Shown here piece after piece: positions 25,547 through 35,312 of a stretch of DNA of 64,000 nucleotides. The notes beneath the pieces were generated by a model. That model was not told the origin of the DNA. It did not search any database and worked only from the letters and a program-made list of their open reading frames with translations. Source of the DNA: Candidatus Heimdallarchaeota archaeon (lineage in GTDB: Archaea; Asgardarchaeota; Heimdallarchaeia; Heimdallarchaeales; Heimdallarchaeaceae); contig JABCTC010000014.1 of NCBI GenBank assembly GCA_018238545.1, positions 1-64,000 of the forward strand, written 5' to 3'. How positions within the stretch are numbered: the first letter of the stretch is position 1; every line of letters begins with the position of its first letter. The position numbers and the translations under genes were made by a program.

Positions 25547-27622
25547 TTAAGTAGAATACGTTTTTAGTGTCCTTTTTGTAACGCGGGTTTTGCAAATTGG
25601 GCACTCTTCTTTTATTTTAAGCCACTGTTCCATGTGCTCTTTGTGGGCTAAATTGGTACATGTAGGGCATTCCATAACAGTCTCACCGTGCTTAATTAGT
25701 CCTTGACATATTGAGCACTTGGTAGGAAGCTCCTTACAGTTCTTACATGGTTCATTTACAGATTCAATAACATGCCCACATTTCAAACAGTGTGTCTTTT
25801 TAGATGGGAGTCTAATTCTTGTTAGTCTTTCAAAAGTTGATTGAGTTAGAGAACCTTGATAATAACCATGAGCAATAAGTTGACTAGTCATTTTGAAAAT
25901 GTCAATTTCTGGCAGATTCAACTTCTCAGCAATCGTTACTAGTCGGATTTTCCTTCTTCTGGATTTTTCTATCTCATTTACAACCCTAATATAGATTTCT
26001 CCAAGATCTTTTAGCTCTCTACTAGGTAAGATTTTCTGGAAAGATTCAACGTATACAGCGCTTCCTCTGAGCTCAATATTTAGCAATCCAGAACCCACTA
26101 GTTCAAAAATTATGTTGGTTACAGCTACAGCTGATTTTTCCCAAATTTTCTGTATAGATTTCAAAGATGTTTTTGGATTAGAAATGATGTAGCCAAATAT
26201 TTCCTGATAGTGAATAGGCAAGTCATCTAATTGAACAAGAGGTGGAAATAGAGGAATCTCTTCTGGAATGAGTTTATTTCCTTCTATTGATCCTTTAATT
26301 AACCCCTTACCATAGAAACCATATAGTCTTTCTTTTGCATGGTGCTTGTCAATACCTAATGCAAGCGATATATCTTTGGTTGTAATATAAGCTTTAGAAA
26401 CAATCATTCCTAGAACTATTTTTTCCCATCTTTCTAATGTTCCTTCTTGAGCCCTACTATATCTCTTGATTCCTTCTATAATCAGAACGTTTCCACTTAA
26501 TGAGCATTTTACAAATCCTTCCAAAAGTAAGTTAATGACTCCTTCTAAAATCTCTCCATCGGTTCTATTCATTAAGGCACCAAGTCTTCGTAACGAAATT
26601 TTCTTTTGTGTCGAAAGAAGGCCAAATAGTGCTTCATAACTAAAGAATGATAAAGTCGCCATCTCCTCTATTGTTCTTGTTGGACTAAATTCAGGTATAG
26701 TAACTGGTACAATATCGTTTGTTCCTAAAAATACAACTTGGAAGGTTCCTCTTGCAGTTAGAGTTGCTAAAGTTCTTAGAATTTCGTTTCTTTCCTTTCC
26801 TATGAATTTGCTAATCTCTTGATGAGAAGCTTTTTTGGTTAATAAGAGGTAACCTATAACTTCTTTTTCAATTCCTTGTAAAGTTGATAAAGGAATAATC
26901 TTAGGTTCGATAATATATTTTGTAATATTGATGAATACTGAAGTGGTTCCAAGTTTTTTCTTCTTGAATTCCAATTCTGCTTCTAATTTCTTTAACAGCA
27001 AAAGCTTTGATATTTTTTCTATGATTACTTCTTTAGGAAATTCAGTAATTTTTGAAATTGTGATTATGTTTGCTTTTCTCAGCATCATAGCAATTCCAAC
27101 AATAAATGTATCGTCTTCCGTAAGTTTAATTTTCTCGTCTGGTGCCCAGTTCCATTGTACAAAAACATTCTCTTGCTTTATTGATCCTATAAATAAACCC
27201 CGACTTGTCAGGAAAAATAAGTGATTAATAAGTTCTTTCTTTGATATGCCTACTATTTCTGAAAGATTCGACATACTCACTTTTTCTGATTGAGATAAAA
27301 ATCCAAGAATTATCTTTCTTAATGGTGTCACTCGTGAAGAATTTATTTTGGGATACTTGTATATTGTTGCTATAGAAAATATGCTTCTTCTGTATGAACC
27401 TCTCACAATGAGAGCTTGTACCATTAACTGAATATAATCTTTAATTGCTTCAACTGGAATTTTATAGTTAGTTGAAAACTCTGTTAAATTAATCTCTCTC
27501 AGCAAGTATAATTGAGTTAAAATTTGTGCTCTCATACGTTTTGAAATGTCAACTTCTGGAAGATCTAAATCACTAAACTTAATTTCATAGACATCATCTC
27601 TCTCAAAAGCCAGTTGTACCAT
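25547..27622 (-). CDS. Tandem winged-helix (PCI-like) repeat protein with C-terminal Zn ribbon and RING finger (putative E3 ligase)
   Basis: Eight ~70-aa repeats ending in L..G.h.G.h. Then CLKC..CKNC and CSIC-x12-CPTC-x4-H-x2-H..W..CPIC. Confidence 0.75.
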   Translation of the reverse strand: MVQLAFERDDVYEIKFSDLDLPEVDISKRMRAQILTQLYLLREINLTEFSTNYKIPVEAIKDYIQLMVQALIVRGSYRRSIFSIATIYKYPKINSSRVTPLRKIILGFLSQSEKVSMSNLSEIVGISKKELINHLFFLTSRGLFIGSIKQENVFVQWNWAPDEKIKLTEDDTFIVGIAMMLRKANIITISKITEFPKEVIIEKISKLLLLKKLEAELEFKKKKLGTTSVFINITKYIIEPKIIPLSTLQGIEKEVIGYLLLTKKASHQEISKFIGKERNEILRTLATLTARGTFQVVFLGTNDIVPVTIPEFSPTRTIEEMATLSFFSYEALFGLLSTQKKISLRRLGALMNRTDGEILEGVINLLLEGFVKCSLSGNVLIIEGIKRYSRAQEGTLERWEKIVLGMIVSKAYITTKDISLALGIDKHHAKERLYGFYGKGLIKGSIEGNKLIPEEIPLFPPLVQLDDLPIHYQEIFGYIISNPKTSLKSIQKIWEKSAVAVTNIIFELVGSGLLNIELRGSAVYVESFQKILPSRELKDLGEIYIRVVNEIEKSRRRKIRLVTIAEKLNLPEIDIFKMTSQLIAHGYYQGSLTQSTFERLTRIRLPSKKTHCLKCGHVIESVNEPCKNCKELPTKCSICQGLIKHGETVMECPTCTNLAHKEHMEQWLKIKEECPICKTRVTKRTLKTYST

Positions 27623-27720
27623 CTCTAAAAGGTTAGATTAAATTAGTTAAACATGACTTATTAAAGTTCCCTTATTAAAAATGATTGAATAGTTAATACA
27701 GTGAAGAATAGAAGAGTAGT

Positions 27721-29055
27721 TTAAGCTCTCTCTAAATATTTTAGATATTCCCATTCCCATTCTGCTTCTTTGCTTGTAGATTTAGCTTCCGAATGCTCTT
27801 TACATTCTTTTCTTTTCACTTCTAAGAAAATGTCTGTGATTTCTTTCCCTATTACTTCAGAAACTAAAGTGCTACTTTCTAAATGATCCAAGGCATCACT
27901 TAAGCTGGAAGGGAGTTGGGTGATTCCCATTTCTTTTCTTTCTTGGATAGTTAGTTTTTCTATGTTTTTTACAGTAGATTGAATGGGTTCAATTTTCTTC
28001 TTCATACCATCTAATCCAGCAGCTAAAAGTAAAGCAGAAGCAAGGTAGATGTTTGTAGCACCATCCGTTGCACGAAATTCAAGTCTTGCTTTCTTTTCAT
28101 ATCCTGGAACTCGGATCAACGCTGTACGATTAGCGATTCCCCACGATTTGAATGCTGGTGCTTCATGACCAGGTACTAATCTTTTGTACGAGTTTGTAGT
28201 TGGATTGAATATTGCAGTCATTGCATCGACATTTTCTAATATACCACCAACAAAATATCTTAAATTGTCACTTATTCCTTTTTCTTTATCTGAAAAAATA
28301 TTAACTCCGTTCTGAGTAAGAACCTGATGTATATGTAATCCATTTCCAGCCAGATTCTCAAAAGGTTTAGGCATGAAAGTAGCAATTACTTCATCAAAAA
28401 GCGAGTTTGCTTTGATGATTAACTTTGCAGTTTGGGTATTATCAGCTTGTTTTAAAGCGTCTAAAACACCAAATTCTATCTCTTGTTGAGCATGTCCACA
28501 TTCATGATGAATTGTCTTAACGGGTATTCCCATCTCTAACATATCCCTTGCCATATTTCGTCTTAAGATACCTAAAATATCAAATGGCAAAGTATCCATG
28601 TATTCGCCGTCTTCAACTGGATCTAATTCATCATCAAGAAAATACCACTCTAGTTCAGGTCTGGTTTTGTATTCAAATCCAAGATTATTGGTCTGACCCA
28701 TCACTTTTTTTAGCACGTTCCTTGGGTCTGTAGGATGAGGAGTACCATCATTTTTTTGAATGTCACAGATGAACCTAGCAATTCTTGGTTCCCACGGGAT
28801 TATGGTCACTGTTTCCAAATCTGGGACAACAATCATGTCGCTTTGCTCAGTTTGTAAGAAGCCTAATGAAGACCCGTCTACTCCACTTCCTTCCTGCATC
28901 TCTTCCCAGATACTTGCTGGAAATTCTACTGACTTTAGTTCTCCAAAAATTGTTGTAAACTGAAATTGTATAAACTCGATTTTGTTTTCTGTAAAGAACT
29001 TATTCAAATCACTCATTTCAATCATCACGCTTTCTAACTCTGTGTCAACCATCAT
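27721..29055 (-). CDS. glnA: Glutamine synthetase type I family
   Basis: DGSS, PELEWY, HHECGHAQQEI, TFMPKP, GNGLHIH, NSYKRLVPGHEAP, NRTALIRVP, RLEFR. Confidence 0.9.
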   Translation of the reverse strand: MMVDTELESVMIEMSDLNKFFTENKIEFIQFQFTTIFGELKSVEFPASIWEEMQEGSGVDGSSLGFLQTEQSDMIVVPDLETVTIIPWEPRIARFICDIQKNDGTPHPTDPRNVLKKVMGQTNNLGFEYKTRPELEWYFLDDELDPVEDGEYMDTLPFDILGILRRNMARDMLEMGIPVKTIHHECGHAQQEIEFGVLDALKQADNTQTAKLIIKANSLFDEVIATFMPKPFENLAGNGLHIHQVLTQNGVNIFSDKEKGISDNLRYFVGGILENVDAMTAIFNPTTNSYKRLVPGHEAPAFKSWGIANRTALIRVPGYEKKARLEFRATDGATNIYLASALLLAAGLDGMKKKIEPIQSTVKNIEKLTIQERKEMGITQLPSSLSDALDHLESSTLVSEVIGKEITDIFLEVKRKECKEHSEAKSTSKEAEWEWEYLKYLERA

Positions 29056-29143
29056 TTGAATTCTATTTATATAGTTTTGTCAAGGATGGAACAATTTGAT
29101 GAATTATTTATTTCAATTCGACAATTATTTAAGGCTGTAACAA

Positions 29144-29722
29144 TTGAATAACAAGACACGAATGACAACACCAAGTAGATTCTGGATTACCAGCGGGATA
29201 GGTGAATCTAATGTATCAGAGCTTTCTGCATTCGATGAATCTTTAATGAAAGCAGGAATAGGTTATCAAAACCATGTGTTAGTTTCGTCCATACCCCCAT
29301 CTATTGAAATCCAACCAAAAATTGTTGCTCAACATGGTTTAACACATGTTCCTGTAGGCGATGAATGGAAACTTATACCTTCGAGCTCGATACTCTATGT
29401 TGTTCGGGCTATGAAAACTGGTAAAAGAGGAGATAATATCGCAACCTGTATTTCTTTAGCTAAGATTGCTGTAGATACAACCGATCCAAGTCTTGAATGT
29501 ATTTTAGCATATGAGGCTAAAGGGTCAAGTCTAGAATTAGTAGAAGCGATGGCATTATCTGGTTTAAAGGAGATGGTAAAAAGAAGACAAGCAATTCTCG
29601 ATGAAAGTTGGGGAAAATTTGGATTTAAAACTATTTCATCTTCTTTAGAAATAACGAAGGAATACGGATGTTCAGTATCTTTTGTTGTCATGGATCCTTT
29701 TACTTTCAAACATGAAATTTAA
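29144..29722 (+). CDS. pdaD: Pyruvoyl-dependent arginine decarboxylase family
   Basis: SGIGES..LSAFDESLMKAGI..NHVLVSSIPP (SS self-cleavage site). Start may be ATG 29162. Confidence 0.75.
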   Translation: MNNKTRMTTPSRFWITSGIGESNVSELSAFDESLMKAGIGYQNHVLVSSIPPSIEIQPKIVAQHGLTHVPVGDEWKLIPSSSILYVVRAMKTGKRGDNIATCISLAKIAVDTTDPSLECILAYEAKGSSLELVEAMALSGLKEMVKRRQAILDESWGKFGFKTISSSLEITKEYGCSVSFVVMDPFTFKHEI

Positions 29723-29793
29723 ACTTCACAAAAGAAGGTACGAGACAAAAAGCATAAAAACACTATAATTTACACCTACCAAGCAGAGTTAAA

Positions 29794-31668
29794 GTGGAAG
29801 ATATGAATATTAGAAAAGTTAACACATTAATAATCTTAACAATATTATTTGCCTCAATGACATTAGGTTTTAGTGCGAATTATAATGTCCTTGCTGCTAA
29901 CACAGCAGAACCTACAATAGAGCGTATTATGGTTGATGAAGAAGAAATAGATTATTACAGTTTTGAAAATAATACAATTGTCACAGTGGAATACTCAGTA
30001 AACCGAGACGTTGGAGTAGATGGAGTTATTCTAATTGGTTTTGGTTCTGAATTGGATATGGATCCATTCAATAGTATTAACCTAACCTGTTCCTACTCTC
30101 TACAAGATAGAACATACTATGTTGGTGATATTGAGCTTACTGGTAACAGTTATTTCAAAGGTTATGGGTGGGTTGGAGATATAACAAATGGAACATATGA
30201 AGAAGTTGAAGAATTCAATCATCTTGGTCAATGGCACTATTTGTTTGTAAATGAGGATGGTGTCCCTCCACAATTTCATGGAATTGAAAATGCAACATCC
30301 ACAGGATTTCATACCTACTATGCTCCAGCAAACCAAACTAATCATACCATAGTAATTTCTTATAGAGTTTATGGAGGAACAGAAAATGATTCTGTGACTC
30401 TTGTCTATTCTGTTTATCGAGATAAACTTTACAATGCATCACTCAATATTTTTGATAGCACTGTCATTTTTAAGAATATGACTTATGCTGATGACTCAAC
30501 AGAAACCTATGTTGTTTTTAACACGACCATAGAACTCACAGAGAGAACACTTTACTTTGCGGCCAATAATTCTTATGGTTGGGACACATGGGATGATGGT
30601 CTTCTTAAGAATAACTTGAATATTTATAAAATTAACAATGGATTCGATTTTAATTCAGATACTGTGCTTCATGAATCAATAACAGATGTTGATGAGGTTG
30701 ATATTATCATAACAACATTAAACAGTACAGAATATGACTCATTTGGTATAGGGTATTATGTTATTGAAAGTTTAGAAAATGATACTGAAATTGTTTCATG
30801 GACTGAGATTGATGGGACATTACAAAGCAATTATACAGAGGTAAACGACCTTGGTTTCAATGATACAATGCGGGAATATAATGTGTCCCTTGGGATATTT
30901 GACGTTGATAATATCATCTACTTTGAAGCTTACAATATCTATTATGGCGAACTTTACAACGAAACAGTTGGACACTATCACACTATTAGAATTTATGATT
31001 CCAAGCCTTATCTAGAACTGTTCCCTGTAAGTGGATCTTATGTGAACCACGAAGATGTCTCTTTCAGTTTTGATATCTTGTTAAATAGAGGGAATATAAC
31101 CGAAATCTTAATGGATTATGGTGATGGTTCCCCCGTTGCTAACCTTACAGCTTTAGAAGCAGATGAAGACACTGGAATATATTATGTAATCCATTCTTAT
31201 CCTGTAGCAACTGATGGTTACAATGTTACACTCACAGTTAATACTTCTTTAGGAACATTCAACACTACGACAAACTATCTTTATCTCGATTTCGATGCTC
31301 CGACTCTTGAAATCACTGATTTCACGAATAATATCACTGAGATAACAGATGGTTATGTTGAGTTATACTTTACTTACGTTGATGACTATTCTGGTGTTTG
31401 GAAAGTAACCATAGATTGGGGAGATGGTATTGTTCAAAATGTAACAGATGATAATTTTGCTTTCCATTACTATGTTAAAAATGGTACTTATAATGTCGTA
31501 GTAGAGGTTCAAGATAAAGGAGGCAACACTTTCAGCATGAATATTGTTTATACAATTGAACTGCCAGAGACTACTCCAACTGATCAGGCACCATTCGCAG
31601 CTCTATCTGTATTTATCTCACTACTTTCCTTGGGCTGTATTGTATTCCTAATAAGGAAGAGAAAATAA
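29794..31668 (+). CDS. Secreted, C-terminally anchored acidic surface glycoprotein with PKD-like domains
   Basis: Signal peptide, many N-x-S/T sequons, DYGDG and DWGDG..HYY..GTYNV PKD motifs, TM + RKRK end. Confidence 0.8.
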   Translation: MEDMNIRKVNTLIILTILFASMTLGFSANYNVLAANTAEPTIERIMVDEEEIDYYSFENNTIVTVEYSVNRDVGVDGVILIGFGSELDMDPFNSINLTCSYSLQDRTYYVGDIELTGNSYFKGYGWVGDITNGTYEEVEEFNHLGQWHYLFVNEDGVPPQFHGIENATSTGFHTYYAPANQTNHTIVISYRVYGGTENDSVTLVYSVYRDKLYNASLNIFDSTVIFKNMTYADDSTETYVVFNTTIELTERTLYFAANNSYGWDTWDDGLLKNNLNIYKINNGFDFNSDTVLHESITDVDEVDIIITTLNSTEYDSFGIGYYVIESLENDTEIVSWTEIDGTLQSNYTEVNDLGFNDTMREYNVSLGIFDVDNIIYFEAYNIYYGELYNETVGHYHTIRIYDSKPYLELFPVSGSYVNHEDVSFSFDILLNRGNITEILMDYGDGSPVANLTALEADEDTGIYYVIHSYPVATDGYNVTLTVNTSLGTFNTTTNYLYLDFDAPTLEITDFTNNITEITDGYVELYFTYVDDYSGVWKVTIDWGDGIVQNVTDDNFAFHYYVKNGTYNVVVEVQDKGGNTFSMNIVYTIELPETTPTDQAPFAALSVFISLLSLGCIVFLIRKRK

Positions 31669-31711
31669 ATTTTCTCTCTTCTACAATCATTTTTTACTTT
31701 TTCAAAGATAC

Positions 31712-33628
31712 TTACAGTTTTCTTAGAATTTTTCTTAGAATTTTAATCTTAAAAGAGAAACTTTTTTCTTCCATTCTTTGAAGTTGTGGTATTATCATTC
31801 TAAGACTGAGTTCATAATTTCCGAAATCTTTCTCAATTTTCACGTCAATGTTTTCTGGGATATTAACTTCTAAACCTGAGTTAAGTTCTTTATTGAAAAT
31901 TTTAACGTTACTACTTTTGTCGATTTGTTTTTCTTCAAACACTTCAATCACCTCTTGTGAAAGGAAATGTGTATGGTGTTCTCCTAAGTTTATTTTTGAT
32001 AAACTTATAATGCTGAATTCATCTGATTTATTACCAAAATTCTTTAGATTATAATGAACATTGAAACTAGATGAGTTTTTTTCAAATTCGAAATGTTTTG
32101 ATAACAAAATATCTTCCGTAGCATAGATTGAAAGCATTATTACTTTACTGTCTTCTTTATCTAACCAATTGTATGTGTATCTTTCATTAAAAAGATTAAA
32201 TTGACCACTATGTCGTTTGGAGATGACATCGTACATAAGCCCGTATCTTGGTTCATGAGTTACTTTGTCTATAGCCAAATCTTTGGAAGGACATGAAGTA
32301 AGAACTATCCCTTTTTTTAAATCTATAAGATTAGTAATTATTCCTCCTTTATCCGTTAAACTACAAAACAAGTCATTGTCAATGAATGTGAATTCTGTAC
32401 ATTCTTGTCCATGACTTGTGAGTGTATCTATTTGATTAGTTTCTTTTTCCAAAAACATTTTCGCTATACTTTCTATCAAATCTAGATGCTTAATGCTTTC
32501 CCAGTTATTTGCATTTGCTAATGTGTTTGTCCCTTTAATTGGTGTAGAAAATATATCAAAACAGAAATTGTGTTGTTTTGTTATTAAGTAATTGTGAGCA
32601 TACCTTAGAAGATTTGCAACTTTCAGATTTATTTCATTCGAGGAAGCATTACTATGTTTTTCTATACTCTCTAAAATTGTTAAGTGTTTTTGAAATGCTT
32701 TACTACATCTTAAGCAATATGGAGTTAACTTCAATCCTCGTTGATACCCCATTGTCAAAGTAACTTCGTAAGGATATGCTGATTTTATATCAATCTCCTG
32801 AATATCTTCAAACTTTTCTATAATTTCAGAAGGTTTCAGAAAAATTGCCGGTTGTTCCATTAACTTGCTTGCTTCACGAAGATAGTTTTCGAAATCGAAA
32901 TGAGGTTGAAAAACAGGAAATTTCATGTCGTTTAAATCGATTGAAAGAAGACCGCAATAATCTTGGTTAGTATCTTTTGAGATTTCAATTCCGTCTTTAA
33001 TTACTTTCATTAAGTTCTCTAATTCTCCTGAACGTATTGCTTCATCATATGTTTCAGGATAATTCCTGTAAACGCTACGCAGGTTAAATGATGGAAGAAC
33101 GAAAATATTTTTGTCCTTTAGCTTAAAAGGTTTAAAATACTCAACTTCAAAAACTCCAGATGGTTTTGGATTGAGAGTTTTCGCTATAATATGCCAATCT
33201 ATTATTACATATCTGTATTCTTGATTTACTAATGTGTCAGAAGATCTTTTATCCCACACTCCAAAAGGTGGATAATATCCTTTGATATATTTTGCTGGAA
33301 AAATATTGTTAAGAATTGTTGTTGCTTGGTTGATTTGGAGATTAATAAGACGCTCTTCATACGGTAGGTTCATCGGAATGAAGTTGGAATACATCGAAGA
33401 TGATAACTCAATTTGACCCGCTAAGCACAATTTTGACAAATTTTTAAGAATAGTTTTATTTCCCCACATGTTTGATAATAAGAAAAGAGAGTTTGTTGAT
33501 ATAACTCCTCTTGCGGATTGGTTAACTAAGAACCAATTGACGATTTTGGTATACTTGTCATACTCATCTCGTGTAACTGGAACTAAAAATCTAGCTAAAT
33601 TGAAATGAGTTGAAATGTATACTACCAT
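31712..33628 (-). CDS. Degenerate GH57-like protein (4-alpha-glucanotransferase-type architecture)
   Basis: GQIELSSSMYS..QI..KGYYPPFGVWD..YRYVIID resembles the GH57 N-domain. C-terminal beta-sandwich contains KGGIITNL. Confidence 0.55.
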   Translation of the reverse strand: MVVYISTHFNLARFLVPVTRDEYDKYTKIVNWFLVNQSARGVISTNSLFLLSNMWGNKTILKNLSKLCLAGQIELSSSMYSNFIPMNLPYEERLINLQINQATTILNNIFPAKYIKGYYPPFGVWDKRSSDTLVNQEYRYVIIDWHIIAKTLNPKPSGVFEVEYFKPFKLKDKNIFVLPSFNLRSVYRNYPETYDEAIRSGELENLMKVIKDGIEISKDTNQDYCGLLSIDLNDMKFPVFQPHFDFENYLREASKLMEQPAIFLKPSEIIEKFEDIQEIDIKSAYPYEVTLTMGYQRGLKLTPYCLRCSKAFQKHLTILESIEKHSNASSNEINLKVANLLRYAHNYLITKQHNFCFDIFSTPIKGTNTLANANNWESIKHLDLIESIAKMFLEKETNQIDTLTSHGQECTEFTFIDNDLFCSLTDKGGIITNLIDLKKGIVLTSCPSKDLAIDKVTHEPRYGLMYDVISKRHSGQFNLFNERYTYNWLDKEDSKVIMLSIYATEDILLSKHFEFEKNSSSFNVHYNLKNFGNKSDEFSIISLSKINLGEHHTHFLSQEVIEVFEEKQIDKSSNVKIFNKELNSGLEVNIPENIDVKIEKDFGNYELSLRMIIPQLQRMEEKSFSFKIKILRKILRKL

Positions 33629-33798
33629 AGTAACATCTTATACTTGACTTTAAAATCTCTTTCGCTTAATTTTGACAATTTTTTAATCTATTGTCATTAT
33701 TTCTAAGTAAACTGTAAGAATTACTTTTTAATTAATCCTTCTCTATACATATCAAATTTATGTATTATGGCGCTTCTAACGTCTTTTGATTGGTTAGA

Positions 33799-33806
33799 TT
33801 TATATA
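33799..33806 (+). promoter_or_regulatory. TATA box of tfb (probable leaderless transcript)
   Basis: TTTATATA ~25 nt before GTG/ATG at 33829-33838. Confidence 0.55.
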
Positions 33807-33831
33807 CGTGAGTGCGCATCGTATCATAGTG

Positions 33832-34791
33832 ATGATGATGAGTGAAGAACGTTGCTCCAACTGCAATTCAAATGAGATAGTTAGTGACTACTCTCGTGGT
33901 GAATCTATTTGTAGTAACTGTGGCGTTGTCCTCTCTAAACTAATAGATACCACTCCAGAGTGGAGAAGTTTTACAGCTGAGGAGAAATCTAACAGAAGTA
34001 GAACAGGTGCCCCAATCTCTTCTTTGAAATCTGATTTTGGGATTTCATCCCAGATTAGTTTTAGCAATATAGATATTTATGGTAGGAAGCTAGAGCCTGC
34101 TGTTGTTGCAAAGATGCGAAGATTGCGATGGTTAAACAGACGAGATTCAAGATCTCATATTAGAAACCTTCGTATAGCTTTACGAGAGTTGCGAAGAATT
34201 GTAAGCCAACTTGAATTAAGTGACGAAATCGCTGAATCTGCAGCGACAAATTACAGGAAAGCATTGAAAGCAGATCTAATCAGAGGAAGAAGCATTGAAT
34301 CCATGGTAGCAGCTGCAATATATATTGCTTCTCGACAATATAATAATCCTACAACTTTAAAGGACATTGAAAAACACATCCACGCTGATAGAAAAGTTAT
34401 AGCAAGATGTTTTCGAATATATGTTCAAGAGCTGAATATGAAGCCTACACCACTTGATCCTGCAGTATTATTGGCTAAATTATGTAATGAATTAGACCTA
34501 ACTGTTGCAACTCAAAACGAGGCTTTGAAAATTTTGGAGGAGAGTAGATCACGACGTTTAGATATGGGTAAAAACCCCCTAAGTGTCGCAGCAGCTGCAA
34601 TTTACATTGCAAGTATTAGAACAGGAGAGAGAAGAACCCAACAACAAGTTGCCAAAGTTGCAAAAACAACACCAGTTACATTACGAAATCGTTTCAGAGA
34701 AATAGTTGATTCTCTAGATTTGGCAAATGTGATTGTTAAACGAGGAGCCGCAAGTGCCCCTGTTTATGTAAGAGATCCCTGGAAGTTTTAG
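33832..34791 (+). CDS. tfb: Transcription initiation factor IIB
   Basis: CSNC..CSNCG Zn ribbon, PEWRSF, RTGAP, GRSIES.AAAIY, GKNP..AAAAIY, VTLRNR. True start is among the ATGs at 33832-33838, not TTG 33790. Confidence 0.95.
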   Translation: MMMSEERCSNCNSNEIVSDYSRGESICSNCGVVLSKLIDTTPEWRSFTAEEKSNRSRTGAPISSLKSDFGISSQISFSNIDIYGRKLEPAVVAKMRRLRWLNRRDSRSHIRNLRIALRELRRIVSQLELSDEIAESAATNYRKALKADLIRGRSIESMVAAAIYIASRQYNNPTTLKDIEKHIHADRKVIARCFRIYVQELNMKPTPLDPAVLLAKLCNELDLTVATQNEALKILEESRSRRLDMGKNPLSVAAAAIYIASIRTGERRTQQQVAKVAKTTPVTLRNRFREIVDSLDLANVIVKRGAASAPVYVRDPWKF

Positions 34792-34933
34792 AAACTCCTA
34801 TCTCCTTTATTTCTTTGTTATATTTGCTCTTTTTTCTTGATATTCTTTCTTTAACTAGTAGTACCACCATATTATTACTGTATTAATGTTGTTTTAAGAA
34901 TGAAAATAGCTTCTTTTGCATGGTGAAAACCAT

Positions 34934-35287
34934 ATGGGAATAAAACGATTAGTTTCTCGTAAGTCCACAGAAAAGAAAGAGGACACTAAGATTGTTAATC
35001 AAACACCAGGTGTAAAATTCTATTCACTATTGGATGTTGTAAAAACTGAAAGAATTATCGATGATGTTGAAAAAGGCAATCTCGTTTTTCTAAATATTAG
35101 TAGGATATCAGCATTTCCTGAAAGAAAGAGAGATTTTCTTAAAACACTCAAAGCTAAATCTGCGGAATTACACGCAACCCTAAAAATGGTTTCAGAAGAA
35201 ACAGTGATGGTTGCCCCTCCATCTGTACCAATTGAAATTAGATCTTTGTCGCCACTAAACGTTGACAAATACAATAAAAAAGAGTAG
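34934..35287 (+). CDS. sepF: Archaeal SepF-family cell-division protein
   Basis: SLLDV..IIDDVEKGNLVFLNI..LK..VMVAPPSV. GGTGA SD before ATG 34934. Confidence 0.7.
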   Translation: MGIKRLVSRKSTEKKEDTKIVNQTPGVKFYSLLDVVKTERIIDDVEKGNLVFLNISRISAFPERKRDFLKTLKAKSAELHATLKMVSEETVMVAPPSVPIEIRSLSPLNVDKYNKKE

Positions 35288-35312
35288 ATTGGTTTTAGAG
35301 GAGATACTTAAT

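Noticed and set aside
27721-29722. GS-family gene divergent from arginine decarboxylase, read as a gamma-glutamyl-polyamine synthetase module
   Set aside because: The ammonium-site motifs DGSS and the GHEAP Glu flap are retained, as in true glutamine synthetases. Adjacency alone is insufficient.
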